Origin: Mycobacterium tuberculosis H37Rv
GTDB taxonomy: Bacteria; Actinomycetota; Actinomycetes; Mycobacteriales; Mycobacteriaceae
Length of the DNA: 32,000 nt
Direction: 5' to 3'
Assembly (NCBI RefSeq): GCF_000195955.2
Contig: NC_000962.3
Span: 660,001-692,000 of the forward strand
The notes under the pieces were generated by a model. The model saw only the letters and a list, made by a program, of their open reading frames with translations, was not told where the DNA came from and made no database searches. Positions 29,063 through 32,000 of the stretch are shown piece after piece. The translations under genes and the position numbers were made by a program. The stretch's first letter is position 1. Every line of letters starts with the position of its first letter.

Positions 29063-30504
29063 GAACGCTGACCGAGTTCAACCGCGGCCGTGTCGGGATG
29101 ATGGGTGCGGTGGTCACGGTGCTCGTCGTTGGTGTTGCGCAAAGCTTCACCAGCGTGCCGATGCTGTTCGCCACACCTACCTACTATGCGCAATTCGCCG
29201 ACACGGGTGGCATCAACACGGGCGATAAGGTGGAAATCGCTGGGGTGAACGTCGGGCTGGTGCGCTCGCTGGCAATCCGCGGCAACCGCGTGTTGATCGG
29301 ATTCTCGTTGCCCGGCAAGACAATCGGGATGCAAAGCCGGGCAGCAATTCGCACCGACACCATTCTTGGCCGTAAGAACCTGGAGATCGAACCCCGCGGT
29401 TCGGAGCCGTTGAAACCCAACGGTTTCCTGCCGTTGGCGCAGACCACTACGCCATACCAAATCTATGACGCGTTCGTCGATGTCACGAAGGCGGCGACGG
29501 GCTGGGACATCGATGCCGTCAAACGCTCGCTAAACGTGTTGTCGGAGACATTCGATCAGACCGCCCCGCATCTAAGTGCCGCCCTCGAGGGTGTCAAGGC
29601 ATTCTCCGACACCGTCGGCCGGCGCGGCGAGCAGATCGAGCAACTGCTGGCGAACGCCAACAGGATCGCGCGCGTGCTCGGCGACCGCAGCGAGCAGGTC
29701 AACGGGCTGCTGGTGAATGCCAAGACGCTGCTGGCCGCGTTCAAGCAACGCAGCCAGGCACTGCGCATTCTGCTAACCAACGTGTCGGAGGCATCAGCCC
29801 AGGTATCTGGCCTGATCACAGACAACCCCAACCTCAACCATGTGCTGGCCCAGTTGCGCACGGTCAGCGAGGAGCTGGTGAAGCGCAAGAACGAATTGGC
29901 CGATGTAGCCGTCTTGCTCGGCAGATACACCGCGGCCCTGACAGAGGCCGTCGGTTCCGGACCGTTCTTCAAGGCGATGGTGGTCAATCTGCTGCCCTAC
30001 CAGATTCTTCAGCCCTGGGTTGACGCGGCGTTCAAAAAGCGGGGCATCGACCCGGAGAACTTCTGGCGCAGTGCGGGTCTGCCGGAATTCCGCTGGCCCG
30101 ACCCCAACGGCACCCGGTTCCCCAACGGCGCGCCGCCGGCGGCGCCACCGGTGCGGGAGGGTACACCCAAGCATCCGGGACCGGCCGTCCCGCCGGGAAC
30201 GCCGTGCTCCTACACACCGGCGGCGGGCGCGTTGCCACGGCCCGACACCCCACTACCCTGCGCGGGCGCCACCGTTGGCCCGTTCGGTGGACCCGACTTC
30301 CCGGCACCGCTCGATGTCCAGCCGTCGCCGCCTAATCCCGATGGGCCGCCGCCGACGCCGGGCATCCTAAGTGCTGGGCGGCCGGGCGAGCCGGCTCCGG
30401 CTGTTCCGGGCATACCGATGCCGCTGCCGCCGAACGCGCCGCCGGGTGCACGCACCCAACCGCTTGAGCCGTTTCCTGACGGGACGGGAGGTAGCAACCA
30501 ATGA
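29059..30504 (+). CDS. mce2C: Mce-family protein with Pro-rich C-terminal tail
   Basis: The product is 481 aa from the ATG at 29059. A TM segment (GMMGAVVTVLVVGVAQ) and an MCE domain (GDKVEIAGVNVGLVRSL) are present. The last ~130 aa are Pro-rich and low-complexity. Confidence 0.9.
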   Translation: MRTLTEFNRGRVGMMGAVVTVLVVGVAQSFTSVPMLFATPTYYAQFADTGGINTGDKVEIAGVNVGLVRSLAIRGNRVLIGFSLPGKTIGMQSRAAIRTDTILGRKNLEIEPRGSEPLKPNGFLPLAQTTTPYQIYDAFVDVTKAATGWDIDAVKRSLNVLSETFDQTAPHLSAALEGVKAFSDTVGRRGEQIEQLLANANRIARVLGDRSEQVNGLLVNAKTLLAAFKQRSQALRILLTNVSEASAQVSGLITDNPNLNHVLAQLRTVSEELVKRKNELADVAVLLGRYTAALTEAVGSGPFFKAMVVNLLPYQILQPWVDAAFKKRGIDPENFWRSAGLPEFRWPDPNGTRFPNGAPPAAPPVREGTPKHPGPAVPPGTPCSYTPAAGALPRPDTPLPCAGATVGPFGGPDFPAPLDVQPSPPNPDGPPPTPGILSAGRPGEPAPAVPGIPMPLPPNAPPGARTQPLEPFPDGTGGSNQ

Positions 30505-32000
30505 GCACCATCTTCGACATCCGCAGCCTGCGACTGCCGAAACTGTCTGCAAAGGTAGTGGTCGTCGGCGGGTTGGTGGTGGTCTTGGCGGTCGTGGCCG
30601 CTGCGGCCGGCGCGCGGCTCTACCGGAAACTGACTACCACTACCGTGGTCGCGTATTTCTCTGAGGCGCTCGCGCTGTACCCAGGAGACAAAGTCCAGAT
30701 CATGGGTGTGCGGGTCGGTTCTATCGACAAGATCGAGCCGGCCGGCGACAAGATGCGAGTCACGTTGCACTACAGCAACAAATACCAGGTGCCGGCCACG
30801 GCTACCGCGTCGATCCTCAACCCCAGCCTGGTGGCCTCGCGCACCATCCAGCTGTCACCGCCGTACACCGGCGGCCCGGTCTTGCAAGACGGCGCGGTGA
30901 TCCCAATCGAGCGCACCCAGGTGCCCGTCGAGTGGGATCAGTTGCGCGATTCCATCAATGGGATCCTCCGCCAGCTCGGCCCGACGGAGCGGCAGCCGAA
31001 GGGGCCGTTCGGCGACCTCATCGAATCGGCCGCGGACAACCTGGCCGGCAAGGGCAGGCAGCTCAACGAAACGCTGAACAGTTTGTCGCAGGCGTTGACC
31101 GCGCTGAACGAGGGCCGGGGAGACTTCGTTGCGATCACGCGAAGCCTGGCGCTATTTGTCAGCGCGCTCTACCAGAATGATCAACAGTTCGTTGCGCTCA
31201 ACGAAAACCTTGCCGAGTTCACCGACTGGTTCACCAAATCCGACCATGACTTGGCCGACACGGTGGAACGGATCGACGACGTTCTCGGCACCGTCCGAAA
31301 GTTCGTGAGCGACAACAGATCCGTGCTGGCTGCCGATGTCAACAACCTCGCCGACGCGACCACTACACTAGTGCAACCCGAGCCGCGGGACGGTCTGGAA
31401 ACCGCGTTGCACGTGTTGCCGACCTACGCCAGCAACTTCAACAACCTTTACTATCCACTGCACAGCTCTCTGGTGGGCCAGTTCGTGTTCCCCAACTTCG
31501 CGAACCCAATTCAGCTCATTTGCAGCGCTATTCAGGCCGGCAGCCGACTCGGCTATCAGGAATCCGCCGAGCTGTGCGCGCAGTACTTGGCACCGGTTCT
31601 GGACGCTCTCAAGTTCAATTACTTGCCGTTCGGCTCAAACCCGTTCAGTTCGGCGGCCACTTTGCCCAAGGAGGTGGCTTACTCCGAGGAGCGGCTCCGC
31701 CCGCCGCCCGGGTACAAGGACACCACTGTCCCAGGGATCTTCTCGCGGGACACACCGTTTTCACACGGCAACCATGAACCGGGCTGGGTCGTTGCGCCCG
31801 GGATGCAGGGTATGCAGGTTCAGCCGTTTACCGCGAACATGCTCACCCCGGAATCGCTGGCAGAGCTGCTGGGTGGTCCGGATATTGCCCCCCCGCCGCC
31901 GGGAACCAACTTGCCCGGACCGCCGAATGCGTATGACGAGTCCAATCCGTTGCCGCCGCCGTGGTACCCGCAGCCCGCGTCCCTCCCGGCTGCGGGCGCC
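30501..32000 (+). CDS. mce2D: Mce-family protein, first 500 codons (3' end outside the window)
   Basis: It is absent from the ORF track because no stop occurs in the window. By hand translation the frame is open from ATG 30501 to 32000: MSTIFDIRSLRLPKLSAKVVVVGGLVVVLAVVAAAAG...GDKVQIMGVRVGSIDKIEP... The start overlaps the mce2C stop in ATGA. Confidence 0.9.
   Translation, partial: MSTIFDIRSLRLPKLSAKVVVVGGLVVVLAVVAAAAGARLYRKLTTTTVVAYFSEALALYPGDKVQIMGVRVGSIDKIEPAGDKMRVTLHYSNKYQVPATATASILNPSLVASRTIQLSPPYTGGPVLQDGAVIPIERTQVPVEWDQLRDSINGILRQLGPTERQPKGPFGDLIESAADNLAGKGRQLNETLNSLSQALTALNEGRGDFVAITRSLALFVSALYQNDQQFVALNENLAEFTDWFTKSDHDLADTVERIDDVLGTVRKFVSDNRSVLAADVNNLADATTTLVQPEPRDGLETALHVLPTYASNFNNLYYPLHSSLVGQFVFPNFANPIQLICSAIQAGSRLGYQESAELCAQYLAPVLDALKFNYLPFGSNPFSSAATLPKEVAYSEERLRPPPGYKDTTVPGIFSRDTPFSHGNHEPGWVVAPGMQGMQVQPFTANMLTPESLAELLGGPDIAPPPPGTNLPGPPNAYDESNPLPPPWYPQPASLPAAGA

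Overview
The window is high-GC actinobacterial chromosome. From the protein sequences I recognise it as the Mycobacterium tuberculosis complex segment from cyp135B1 (Rv0568) to mce2D (Rv0592). From memory it sits at about 660-692 kb of H37Rv. No search was possible, so the locus names are recollection; the domain calls rest on motifs visible in the translations. Left to right: (1) A hypoxia/DosR-type island at 1-8.5 kb, made of two convergent units, Rv0569-nrdZ on + and Rv0574c-pncB2-Rv0572c-Rv0571c on -. They meet at a 30-bp hairpin. (2) An FAD monooxygenase, transcribed divergently from an ArsR-fusion regulator plus the duplicated-VOC antigen Cfp32. (3) The 3.9-kb PE_PGRS7 gene. (4) Rv0579 (ubiquitin-like + PIN-like + Zn-ribbon), Rv0580c and the vapBC26 toxin-antitoxin pair. 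(5) Lipoprotein LpqN, divergent from a secreted GH92 mannosidase, followed by a three-module membrane protein, Rv0585c. (6) The mce2 lipid-import operon: mce2R, yrbE2AB and mce2A-D, with mce2D running off the window. mce2B is split by a frameshift. I see no rRNA, tRNA, CRISPR array, IS element or integrase. I do not see a convincing wholly new multi-gene system, because this is a well-mapped core region. The least explained items are: a Shine-Dalgarno-preceded 55-codon Cys/His ORF in the 467-bp gap upstream of Rv0572c; the degenerate kinase-like module inside Rv0585c; the Rv0579 domain architecture; several strong inverted repeats at divergent promoters; and the consequences of the mce2B frameshift for a chain of ATGA-coupled genes.
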